NCBI GenBank assembly: GCA_964016885.1
Contig: OZ024747.1
Span: 90,024,001 to 90,088,000, forward strand
Length of the DNA stretch: 64,000 bases
Direction: 5' to 3'
From: Eledone cirrhosa
Lineage: Eukaryota
This document shows, one piece after another, positions 1 to 10,483 of this stretch. Position numbers and translations under genes: made by a program. Each line of letters opens with the position of its first letter. The first letter of the stretch is position 1. The notes under the pieces are model-generated. The model ran no database searches. It worked only from the letters and a program-made list of their open reading frames with translations, and was not told the origin of the DNA.

Positions 1-110
1 GCCTTTCCCAACACCAACCACATTTACAGTGTGGACTGGGAGGTTGTTACCGTGTTACCCACACGGCCACATTACAGCGTGGACTGTGTTTTTTTGTCGT
101 GACACCTACA
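1..110 (-). mobile_element. SINE fragment (tRNA-derived family with (GAT)n tail)
   Basis: Similar to 42668-42750 and to the reverse complement of the body of the 42063-42499 SINE (gcctttcc.aacaccaacc.catttacagtg). Confidence 0.55.
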
Positions 111-249
111 CAACCTCATTTGTTTTGGACTGGGTGTTGTGGTACCAACATAACTTTACATTGAAAGGGGTGGTGTATGGGGTGGGGGTAGTGGGACGGG
201 GGTGTATTTTTGTTAGAGGTGCCTACTGACTGTAGGTTTCGCTTTGTAC

Positions 250-452
250 TTAGGCAAGGCGGGTCTTCTGTATTACTGTGTAGCGCCAAAGATCTCGGTC
301 CAGTGACATTGTCTCGGAGAGGTATAAGTGTGTGAGGTCGGAATTTATCAAGTCATCCCAGGTTTTTCTGAGTCTGCCTACTCCGTGGCTACTGTCTATT
401 TTTATTGCCCTGCACTTTTTTATACAGTTGTCGTCTTTCATGCGCATCACAT
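250..452 (-). mobile_element. RTE-clade LINE 3' fragment
   Basis: Translation MRMKDDNCIKKC...GVGRLRKTWDDLINSDL...DRDLWRY resembles the GRP(R/K)xxW...DRxxW C-terminus of RTE ORFs. Confidence 0.7.
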
Positions 453-518
453 GACCATACCAACGTAGCCTTCTCTCGAGTAAACAACATCTGATCCATC
501 TTATTCCTAATTTCTACC

Positions 519-549
<31 letters not shown>

Positions 550-713
550 GTATATATATATTATGTATTTGCAGATAGAGAAGAAAGAAAACAATGTAGT
601 GAGAAAGGGTGATTAGAAGGGAAACATACACACAAACAGAAACATGCACACACATGTACATGTAAATATAAATATAAGTACATATATGTATATGTGTGTG
701 TGTATATATATAC

Positions 714-752
<39 letters not shown>

Positions 753-759
<7 letters not shown>

Positions 760-1609
760 TATTTTCCGTTGTGTTGTAATATAAATATTACACACAGTAG
801 ATTATCGGCTCACGTAGAGTTTGCTCGACGGTTCCAGTTGTAGTTCCAAAAGTAATCCGGAGAAAAATAGAAAGATTTGAATGGATACAGTTTAGTTGAA
901 AGGAATTTATTGACACGTGTTTCTATAACAGTTACATAACCTAAAACAGCTATCTACAAACTTTTAGTTATGCAGACATTCAATATTTCAATGTTATTAT
1001 TTACTGTCATTTCATCAGAATAATATTACTGAGGACCTATTTAGTTTTTATAGAGAATATTAGGAGGGAGGGGTGAAGTTGTTAGAAGAATAGTTGAAGG
1101 AGTGGTTTTTCGATAGCAGTGAGAATTCTTGGTGGCAGTGAGTAATTAGATTCCCATCTGTTGTTTTGACATTTTTTATAGAATATATTATTGGTTATTT
1201 TTCTAAATCTATAGAAGGATTAGAGATAGTGAAGATATGCGTGGTTGGTTTTGTGTTTGCACTTAATTAACATTCAGACTTAAATTTTTCTTTCAAGTGT
1301 ACGTATCCTTTCACCCACGCATTCACACACAAATATATTTGCACACCTCTACAAAATACATATACACACAATTCACATATTCATACTTACATATACATAC
1401 ACATGCATACACATATATATACACACATGTATTCATGTACATACATACGCGCTCATGTGTATACATTTTCATACTCAACTTATCTTTATATACACACGTA
1501 TAGACACACACATATATACATACATACTCTAGTCCATGTGTACACACATTCACATACATACACATCCATATACACATATATACATACACCTATATACATA
1601 CATATATAC

Positions 1610-1652
<43 letters not shown>

Positions 1653-1949
1653 CATACACAAACATACATATACACACATACACATATATATATATATAAG
1701 CACTTTAATACATGAATACACTTACATCTAACTATACACATTAAACATATATATATATTTACTTATTTATATACATTTTCACATATATATACATACTTAT
1801 GGACGTTTTTAGACACATTCATTATCGCATATTTGTACCTATTCTCATCAGCATATCTTTTCATTATTAGTATGGTAATTTAAGGTTATTAATATACATA
1901 TATATGTTGAGAAGAGATTGTTTTTATATTTTTCTAACTAGATTAAGGT
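753..1949 (-). repeat. PLE 3' pseudo-LTR / 3'UTR (copy 1)
   Basis: Near-identical to 4349-~5548 and, inverted, to ~6850-7932. It contains an internal CA/TA microsatellite block whose (TA)n length differs between copies. Confidence 0.88.
907..1023 (-). ncRNA. Type I hammerhead ribozyme motif (PLE pLTR copy 1)
   Basis: The minus strand reads ttatt-CTGATGA-(88 nt with atgacagt/actgttat stem)-GAAA-CACGTG-TC-aataa. This gives a 5-bp stem I, a palindromic stem III and a GUC site. Confidence 0.72.
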
Positions 1950-4298
1950 TTATATAGTTGGGGGATGTCCCTCTTTTATGTAATATTCGGCTTGTAGTGG
2001 GAAAAAAAGGGTTTTAGTTCTGTGACGGCAGAATAATGTTCGTTCAATTCTGTTATTCAGCAGTTTCTTCTTGTGTGTGATTATGTAATAAATCTCAAGA
2101 TTACACAATTTGCAGAAATTTTGGCTCCTGGAAAAGCTTTGGGTTTTAGCTAATTTTTCCCATTTTAGGGTAAACTTTTGATCGCTATCCCTGAGCGTCC
2201 AAGCTTTTTCTGCTAGAGTTGTTACATTTCTTTGGCTCTGGTGTTTTATTGAGTAAGAATGCCTATACAATCGAGATTTAAACGATGTTGCCGTTGATCC
2301 CACGTAATACCACTCGTTGCCTCCGGATTTAATGGTACACTTATAAATAATATTTTTTTCCAGGCAGTTATTGCCGAGGGGGCAGTTGTCAGGATAGGTG
2401 CAGTTACAGTTGTGTACGTTGGGTTTTCTCTGGAGTAGTATTGCGGACGAACTTAGGTGTGGTTTATTTATGTTCTGTAGTGTATTGTCTACTGTTTTTT
2501 TTGTGTTCTTTGTACTTAAGTTCTTAGTGTTTTCGTTTAACCTTCTAGTATTGATCTTTTTTATGTGTTGTTCAAGGTTTAACGCTGTAGAGTATGACAG
2601 TCTTATAGTGGTAGGGTTTAGGATTTTGTGGTATTTGTGAGATGTGGGAAAATGTCTTTTAATTATTTTAAAGAAGAGTACTGGTAAATTTGTACTAATG
2701 GAGCTATTGTATTCGGGGTTATACCATAAGTACTCTTTGCATCGCTTTCTATTAGTTTTGTTTGTTGGTTTACTGGTGTGCATACTATGGTAGTAAGTGT
2801 GGTTTGGTCTTGTGTTATTATATCTACCTATGTGGGATTTATTTTGGGTGTTTTGATTGTTCCCATCTATGTACTCTATTTTGTTGAGGTAGCCTGCTTT
2901 ACTAAGGGCGTTATCGTAGTACTCGGCGTGTTCCTTAAATACTTGTATGTTAGAAGATAGACCCGAGATTCTAAGGGAAATATTTTTAGGGATAGATTTA
3001 ATTATAGAGATGGGGTGGTTAGACCCAACATTTACGTATTTGAGATTTTCATTCAATTTATGAAACGGTTTAATCAAACCAGAGTTTAAATTGAGTGTGA
3101 CATCCAGGAAGTTAACTACTTTAAGGTTGTATTCATATGTTATAGTTAGTCCTATTTCGAGTAATAGTTTTCTTATATCTTTGCGTAGTTTTTCTAGTTT
3201 TTGGTTATTAAGGTTTTTAGCTAGGAGGAGAACATCGTCGCGGTATATTCCGCCGTGGAGATTGCTGAATTTTTCCTGGAGTCTAAAGGCGATAAATAGC
3301 CCCACAATATCAGTTATTTCCGCCGAATCGTTAGAGCCCATTGTTATGTCAAAGTTAGAGGGTCTATCTTTACGTACCCAATAACTGTTCTCAAATTTGA
3401 CTATAGTTTTCCTAGCTTCTAATATAATCTTAATTTCATCGTTTGTAAGGTCAGAGTTATCCTTAGCAAACTTAATGGCTCTATTCAAAGTTTCAGGTGA
3501 TATCGATGAGTAATATTCATCGATATCAAACTGGATAAACTTAGATTTATTCTTATTGCTAATGCTATTAAACCATCTTATTGCTTCTTGGGTCTTCCCC
3601 CAGAGTTTAATGTTAACCTTAGCCTTAATTTGGGGGATGATTCTATCTAAGATATATTTGCTTATTTTACCTATATCTGATTTAGAGGGGCAGATTAATC
3701 TAATTTTAGGGTCATTATCAAAGTTTACCTTGTGGTCCTTAAGATTGAAGGTGGGTACCGCCGGTAAGAGTGGTCCTGTCCTATCTTCGATTCCGAGATT
3801 TTTCACTATTTCGCATGCCTCATCATTGATGTGCTTAAGGGTTCCTTCACTCGTTTTTCTATATTTTTTATGTAATTCTTTTCGAATGAAGTTGTTGTAT
3901 GTAGTGCAATCCATAGTGTACAGGTTTGATGTTTTGTCCGCTTTTACTACAATTCCTTTGGTGTTTTTAAGGTCGTCCAGTAGTTTTTTTATATCTTTCT
4001 GTAATTTGCTGTTGGTGTTGCGTCCTTTGAATTTAATTTTAAGGATTAAGTTCATAAGGTCCTGCTCAAATGCATCTAATAGTGGGTTGGTGGGTGGGTT
4101 TTTACAAGTCCTAAAACCGAATTTGTTGTTTACACCACTTTCTAATGTTGAGTTCATACGGTTTCTATCATAGTGGAGCGTTTTCCACCTGACACGTCGA
4201 ATGAATTCATTAGTTTTTTTAATCATGCTCAATAAATATTCCTTTCTACCCTGGGTTGGTATGTTTTTGAGTGACATATCCAGGTAGTGTTTTTCCAT
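1950..4298 (-). CDS. Penelope-like retroelement polyprotein: reverse transcriptase + C-terminal GIY-YIG endonuclease (Hydra-clade-like)
   Basis: 782-aa open ORF. RT motifs: KADKTSN, QFDIDEYYSSI (motif A), DITMGSNDSAEI (motif B'), GIYRDD (motif C), VNFLDVTL. Linker CNCx5CPLx3C. Endonuclease: IIYKC...YVGST...RLYRH, followed by CKLCxLE...LN.R.E...CRH. Confidence 0.93.
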   Translation of the reverse strand: MEKHYLDMSLKNIPTQGRKEYLLSMIKKTNEFIRRVRWKTLHYDRNRMNSTLESGVNNKFGFRTCKNPPTNPLLDAFEQDLMNLILKIKFKGRNTNSKLQKDIKKLLDDLKNTKGIVVKADKTSNLYTMDCTTYNNFIRKELHKKYRKTSEGTLKHINDEACEIVKNLGIEDRTGPLLPAVPTFNLKDHKVNFDNDPKIRLICPSKSDIGKISKYILDRIIPQIKAKVNIKLWGKTQEAIRWFNSISNKNKSKFIQFDIDEYYSSISPETLNRAIKFAKDNSDLTNDEIKIILEARKTIVKFENSYWVRKDRPSNFDITMGSNDSAEITDIVGLFIAFRLQEKFSNLHGGIYRDDVLLLAKNLNNQKLEKLRKDIRKLLLEIGLTITYEYNLKVVNFLDVTLNLNSGLIKPFHKLNENLKYVNVGSNHPISIIKSIPKNISLRISGLSSNIQVFKEHAEYYDNALSKAGYLNKIEYIDGNNQNTQNKSHIGRYNNTRPNHTYYHSMHTSKPTNKTNRKRCKEYLWYNPEYNSSISTNLPVLFFKIIKRHFPTSHKYHKILNPTTIRLSYSTALNLEQHIKKINTRRLNENTKNLSTKNTKKTVDNTLQNINKPHLSSSAILLQRKPNVHNCNCTYPDNCPLGNNCLEKNIIYKCTIKSGGNEWYYVGSTATSFKSRLYRHSYSIKHQSQRNVTTLAEKAWTLRDSDQKFTLKWEKLAKTQSFSRSQNFCKLCNLEIYYIITHKKKLLNNRIERTLFCRHRTKTLFFPLQAEYYIKEGHPPTI

Positions 4299-4348
4299 TG
4301 CTGTGGTTGCGTTTGCTGTGTGGGTTGCTCGACTTTACAGGAGGTAAA

Positions 4349-5205
4349 TATACAGTATTTTCCGTTGTGTTGTAATATAAATATTACACACAGTAGATTA
4401 TCAGCTCACGTAGAGTTTGCTCGACGGTTCCAGTTGTAGTTCCAAAAGTAATCCGGAGAAAAATAGAAAGATTTGAATGGATACAGTTTAGTTGAAAGGA
4501 ATTTATTGACACGTGTTTCTATAACAGTTACATAACCTAAAACAGCTATCTACAAACTTTTAGTTATGCAGACATTCAATATTTCAATGTTATTATTTAC
4601 TGTCATTTCATCAGAATAATATTACTGAGGACCTATTTGGTTTTTATAGAGAATATTAGGAGGGAGGGGTGAAGTTGTTAGAAGAATAGTTGAAGGAGTG
4701 GTTTTTCGATAGCAGTGAGAATTCTTGGTGGCAGTGAGTAATTAGATTCCCATCTGTTGTTTTGACATTTTTTATAGAATATATTATTGGTTATTTTTCT
4801 AAATCTATAGAAGGATTAGAGATAGTGAAGATATGCGTGGTTGGTTTTGTGTTTGCACTTAATTAACATTCAGACTTAAATTTTTCTTTCAAGTGTACGT
4901 ATCCTTTCACCCACGCATTCACACACAAATATATTTGCACACCTCTACAAAATACATATACACACAATTCACATATTCATACTTACATATACATACACAT
5001 GCATACACATATATATACACACATGTATTCATGTACATACATACGCGCTCATGTGTATACATTTTCATACTCAACTTATCTTTATATACACACGTATAGA
5101 CACACACATATATACATACATACTCTAGTCCATGTGTACACACATTCACATACATACACATCCATATACACATATATACATACACCTATATACATACATA
5201 TATAC

Positions 5206-5256
<51 letters not shown>

Positions 5257-5947
5257 CATACACAAACATACATATACACACATACACATATATATATATA
5301 TATAAGCACTTTAATACATGAATACACTTACATCTAACTATACACATTAAACATATATATATATTTACTTATTTATATACATTTTCACATATATATACAT
5401 ACTTATGGACGTTTTTAGACACATTCATTATCGCATATTTGTACCATTTCTCATCAGCATATCTTTTCATTATTAGTATGGTAATTTAAGGTTATTAATA
5501 TATGTTGAGAAGAGATTGTTTTTATATTTTTCTAACTAGATTAAGGTTTATATAGTTGGGGGATGTCCCTCTTTTATGTAATATTCGGCTTGTAGTGGGA
5601 AAAAAGGGTTTTAGTTCTGTGACGGCAGAATAATGTTCGTTCAATTCTGTTAGTCAGCAGTTTCTTCTTGTGTGTGATTATGTAATAAATCTCAAGATTA
5701 CACAATTTGCAGAAATTTTGGCTCCTGGAAAAGCTTTGGGTTTTAGCTAATTTTTCCCATTTTAGGGTAAACTTTTGATCGCTATCCCTGAGCGTCCAAG
5801 CTTTTTCTGCTAGAGTTGTTACATTTCTTTGTCTCTGGTGTTTTATTGAGTAAGAATGCCTATACAATCGAGATTTAAACGATGTTGCCGTTGATCCCAC
5901 GTAATACCACTCGTTGCCTCCGGATTTAATGGTACACTTATAAATAA
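4349..5947 (-). repeat. 5'-truncated tandem PLE copy (EN C-terminus + pLTR) acting as upstream pseudo-LTR
   Basis: Direct repeat of 753-~2349 (offset ~3596). It lies ~50 nt upstream of the ORF ATG on the minus strand. Confidence 0.9.
4503..4619 (-). ncRNA. Type I hammerhead ribozyme motif (PLE pLTR copy 2)
   Basis: Same sequence as 907-1023. Confidence 0.72.
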
Positions 5948-6936
5948 AACACCCCAAATAAATCCCACATAGGTAGATATAATAACACAAGACCAAACCA
6001 CTCTTACTACCATAGTATGCACACCAGTAAACCAACAAACAAAACTAATAGAAAGCGATGCAAAGAGTACTTATGGTATAACCCCGAATACAATAGCTCC
6101 ATTAGTACAAATTTACCAGTACTCTTCTTTAAAATAATTAAAAGACATTTTCCCACATCACACAAATACCACAAAATCCTAAACCCTACCACTATAAGAC
6201 TGTCATACTCTACAGCGTTAAACCTTGAACAACACATAAAAAAGATCAATACTAGAAGGTTAAACGAAAACACTAAGAACTTAAGTACAAAGAACACAAA
6301 AAAAAACAGTAGACAATACACTACAGAACATAAATAAACCACACCTAAGTTCGTCCGCAATACTACTCCAGAGAAAACCCAACGTACACAACTGTAACTG
6401 CACCTATCCTGACAACTGCCCCCTCGGCAATAACTGCCTGGAAAAAAATATTATTTATAAGTGTACCATTAAATCCGGAGGCAACGAGTGGTATTACGTG
6501 GGATCAACGGCAACATCGTTTAAATCTCGATTGTATAGGCATTCTTACTCAATAAAACACCAGAGCCAAAGAAATGTAACAACTCTAGCAGAAAAAGCTT
6601 GGTCGCTCAGGGATAGCGATCAAAAGTTTACCCTAAAATGGGAAAAATTAGCTAAAACCCAAAGCTTTTCCAGGAGCCAAAATTTCTGCAAATTGTGTAA
6701 TCTTGAGATTTATTACATAATCACACACAAGAAGAAACTGCTGAATAACAGAATTGAACGAACATTATTCTGCCGTCACAGAACTAAAACCCTTTTTTCC
6801 CACTACAAGCCGAATATTACATAAAAGAGGGACATCCCCCAACTATATAAACCTTAATCTAGTTAGAAAAATATAAAAACAATCTCTTCTCAACATATAT
6901 TAATAACCTTAAATTACCATACTAATAATGAAAAGA

Positions 6937-6994
6937 TATGCTGATGAGAATAGGTACAAATATGCGATAATGAATGTGTCTAAAAACGTCCATA
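6937..6994 (+). ncRNA. Degenerate second hammerhead-like motif in the pLTR (also 1798-1855 and 5404-5461 on the minus strand)
   Basis: tatg-CTGATGA-gaa-taggtaca..tgtgtcta-AAAA-C-GTC-cata. Stems I and II can form, but GAAA is replaced by AAAA. Confidence 0.35.
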
Positions 6995-7141
6995 AGTATG
7001 TATATATATGTGAAAATGTATATAAATAAGTAAATATATATATATGTTTAATGTGTATAGTTAGATGTAAGTGTATTCATATATTAAAGTGCTTATATAT
7101 ATATATATATGTGTATGTGTGTATATGTATGTTTGTGTATG

Positions 7142-7190
<49 letters not shown>

Positions 7191-7776
7191 GTATATATGT
7201 ATGTATATAGGTGTATGTATATATGTGTATATGGATGTGTATGTATGTGAATGTGTGTACACATGGACTAGAGTATGTATGTATATATGTGTGTGTCTAT
7301 ACGTGTGTATATAAAGATAAGTTGAGTATGAAAATGTATACACATGAGCGCGTATGTATGTACATGAATACATGTGTGTATATATATGTGTATGCATGTG
7401 TATGTATATGTAAGTATGAATATGTGAATTGTGTGTATATGTATTTTGTAGAGGTGTGCAAATATATTTGTGTGTGAATGCGTGGGTGAAAGGATACGTA
7501 CACTTGAAAGAAAAATTTAAGTCTGAATGTTAATTAAGTGCAAACACAAAACCAACCACGCATATCTTCACTATCTCTAATCCTTCTATAGATTTAGAAA
7601 AATAACCAATAATATATTCTATAAAAAATGTCAAAACAACAGATGGGAATCTAATTACTCACTGCCACCAAGAATTCTCACTGCTATCGAAAAACCACTC
7701 CTTCAACTATTCTTCTAACAACTTCACCCCTCCCTCCTAATATTCTCTATAAAAACTAAATAGGTCCTCAGTAATA

Positions 7777-7893
7777 TTATTCTGATGAAATGACAGTAAA
7801 TAATAACATTGAAATATTGAATGTCTGCATAACTAAAAGTTTGTAGATAGCTGTTTTAGGTTATGTAACTGTTATAGAAACACGTGTCAATAA
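7777..7893 (+). ncRNA. Type I hammerhead ribozyme motif (PLE pLTR copy 3)
   Basis: ttatt 7777-7781, CTGATGA 7782-7788, GAAA 7877-7880, CACGTGTC 7881-7888, aataa 7889-7893. Confidence 0.72.
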
Positions 7894-7927
7894 ATTCCTT
7901 TCAACTAAACTGTATCCATTCAAATCT

Positions 7928-7932
<5 letters not shown>

Positions 7933-8016
<84 letters not shown>

Positions 8017-8058
8017 GTATAGTATATAGTATATATATAGTATATAGTATATATATAT

Positions 8059-8108
<50 letters not shown>

Positions 8109-8136
8109 TATATATTTATATATATATATATAGTGC

Positions 8137-8175
<39 letters not shown>

Positions 8176-8212
8176 CATATATATACATATATATATACAT
8201 AAATATATATAC

Positions 8213-8282
<70 letters not shown>
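7933..8282. repeat. Complex (TA)/(CA) microsatellite
   Basis: Direct inspection; partly duplicated at ~8516-8710. Confidence 0.9.
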
Positions 8283-8285
<3 letters not shown>

Positions 8286-8443
8286 CCAGTAAGACCCCGA
8301 CAGCTGAGCTCAAGCCGTTTCGACGAAACGGCTTGAGCTCAGCTGTCGGGGTCTTACTGGTTCCTATTACCCACTCTACTACCTCAAGTATTGAGTACTT
8401 TGGTGCGTTATGGTCCACCTGGTTCCTTACCACATTTCCTTCG

Positions 8444-8444
<1 letters not shown>
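8283..8444 (+). mobile_element. Short 5'-truncated, fold-back end of a second PLE-like family in (TA)n
   Basis: Perfect inverted repeat 8283-8363 whose right arm starts with a hammerhead 3' half (GAAA-CGGCT..AGCTG-TC). The 3' ~85 bp recur at 9558-9643. Confidence 0.6.
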
Positions 8445-8516
<72 letters not shown>

Positions 8517-8570
8517 TATAGTATAGTATATAGTATATATATAGTATATAGTATATATATATTATATATA

Positions 8571-8603
<33 letters not shown>

Positions 8604-8622
8604 TTATATATATATATAGTGC

Positions 8623-8657
<35 letters not shown>

Positions 8658-8703
8658 CATATATATACATATATATATACATAAATATATATACATATAT
8701 ATG

Positions 8704-8737
<34 letters not shown>

Positions 8738-8738
8738 C

Positions 8739-8792
<54 letters not shown>

Positions 8793-8795
8793 TAT

Positions 8796-8880
<85 letters not shown>

Positions 8881-9085
8881 GTATACACACATGCATACAT
8901 ACATGCATACATACATACATACATACATATGGAAGGGATGTGTGCATTTGTATCTCATCAATTTATGTTTAGATGTATATATGTTTGTGTGTGTTTGTGT
9001 ACGTGGCTATATATATATATGTATGTATGCATGTATGTATGTGTTTATACATGTCTATATTTGTCTGTATACCTGTGTTTGTATG
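8445..9085. repeat. (TA)n/(CATA)n/(TG)-rich microsatellite block
   Basis: Direct inspection. Confidence 0.9.
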
Positions 9086-9512
9086 AACACTTTATATTTT
9101 CCATGAAGGACTGACACTGACTACATATATTTTCCATGAAGTAGATATTACCAGCATGGACTGCTCAACTAACATAGTTCATGACCTTTGATATTTTAGA
9201 AAGAGTTATCGAGAAATGTAATGCCAACATGTAATTTGTTTCTCTATTGTTAAAGGGGTTTGAAAAAGGTGTTGGTGCAGGCTAGCTAGTTCTATGTTGA
9301 AGTGCAAAGCTGAAGATGTGAATTCATGTCTAATCAAGTAAGTCACCAACAAACATGACCTACTACTAGCTCTAATACCTCCAACACTCCTGCACATATA
9401 TACTTTCACATACATACAGAGGCAAAGCAGACAAATAGATATACATACACATATACACACATACACATGCACACACACATCTATATATTCATATATTAAA
9501 CATACCATACAC

Positions 9513-9544
<32 letters not shown>

Positions 9545-9548
<4 letters not shown>

Positions 9549-9641
9549 GAACAAATTGTTCCTATTACCCACTCTACTACCCTAAGTATTGAGTACTTTG
9601 GTGCGTTATGGTCCACCTGGTTCCTTACCACATTTCCTTCG

Positions 9642-9643
<2 letters not shown>
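9545..9643 (+). mobile_element. Second short copy of the same PLE-like end in (TA)n
   Basis: gttcctattacccactctactacc...cacatttccttcgt is nearly identical to 8360-8444. There is a 10-bp-arm fold-back at its 5' end. Confidence 0.6.
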
Positions 9644-9675
<32 letters not shown>

Positions 9676-9699
9676 GTGTGTGTATATATATATATAAGC

Positions 9700-9769
<70 letters not shown>

Positions 9770-9789
9770 ATGAATATATACATATGTAT

Positions 9790-10010
9790 ATGTAAAGTGG
9801 TCATCCACGTGTAGACAAAAAGCACCCAGTACTCACTATAAATGAGGTTGGTGTTAGGAAGAGCATCCAGCTGTAGAAATCAAGCCACAATCAGTTCCAT
9901 ATAAGCAAGGCATGATCATCCAACCTGGCATTGCCCACAACAGGACAACCCGTCTAACCCATGCTAGCGTGGAAGAATGGACGTAAAACGGTGATGATGA
10001 TGATGATGAT
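9790..10010 (+). mobile_element. SINE 3' portion with (GAT)n tail
   Basis: Matches 42265-42499 (gcacccagtactcact..gttggtgttaggaag.gcatccagc..aacccatgctagc..gatgatgat). Confidence 0.75.
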
Positions 10011-10483
10011 ATTTATATAATATATGTAGCTATATTTCTTTTTAGGTCTATGCACATTATCCTTTGTGTAAATATAGTCACTTCAATGCAGATAAGTATA
10101 ATAATAGTCAATCACTATAAATAATAATTGAAAAAATCAGGTAAAGTAACCTTGAAGATAAAAATTAGTGGGCAGAGAAGACATCTATATTCTCAAATTC
10201 CAAATGTCTCAGTGCTTTGTAAATCAACCAGATGAAGATGATGGAGTGTGATTTTAACTAAATTTTGCTATTATTTCTAACAAGTTCAAATAACTGATCA
10301 GAGGTTCCTTCATTAGTTCATTTATCATGTAAGATTGCTGATAGAAATGTCAATGGTCATTGCCCTATCACTGCTGTTACAATGTGTCAATGCTCAAGGT
10401 AGTTAAAATCTCAAATGTTCCAGTTAAACTAGCAGTAAATAAGTACTTGTATGTGGTGTACTTGTTGGTGCAAGCAATGGAAT

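Larger units (their letters stand above)
753..7932 (-). mobile_element. Composite Penelope-like element insertion (full unit + partial tandem copy + inverted copy) in (TA)n
   Basis: 753-~2349 is repeated directly at 4349-~5947. 5948-7932 is the reverse complement of ~868-2853. Both outer ends run into (TA)n, and the central ORF encodes RT + GIY-YIG. Confidence 0.93.
5948..7932 (+). mobile_element. Inverted 5'-truncated PLE copy (linker + EN + most of pLTR)
   Basis: Reverse complement of ~868-2853. ORF pieces 6017-6337 and 6498-6824 match the C-terminal part of the 782-aa protein, with a homopolymer frameshift near 6300. Confidence 0.9.

Noticed and set aside
977-1022. Compact hammerhead fold using aatg/catt as stem II and the nearer GAAA
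   Set aside because: It requires either a G at the cleavage position or a broken stem I. The distal GAAACACGTGTC-aataa gives a canonical GUC and a perfect stem I.
2398-4173. Plus-strand ORFs of 60-205 aa
   Set aside because: They are antisense shadows of the PLE ORF with no independent motifs.
1950-4298. Naiad/Chlamys-type or selenoprotein PLE, or telomerase RT
   Set aside because: The endonuclease is C-terminal, there are no in-frame TGA codons, and the pLTR structure plus GIY-YIG exclude TERT.
5574-6038. 154-aa stand-alone GIY-YIG nuclease ORF
   Set aside because: It is a chimera across the inversion junction at ~5947; the N-terminus is antisense PLE sequence.
10047-10140. Exon-like segment with AG/GT borders
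   Set aside because: All three frames contain stop codons, so it cannot be supported as coding.
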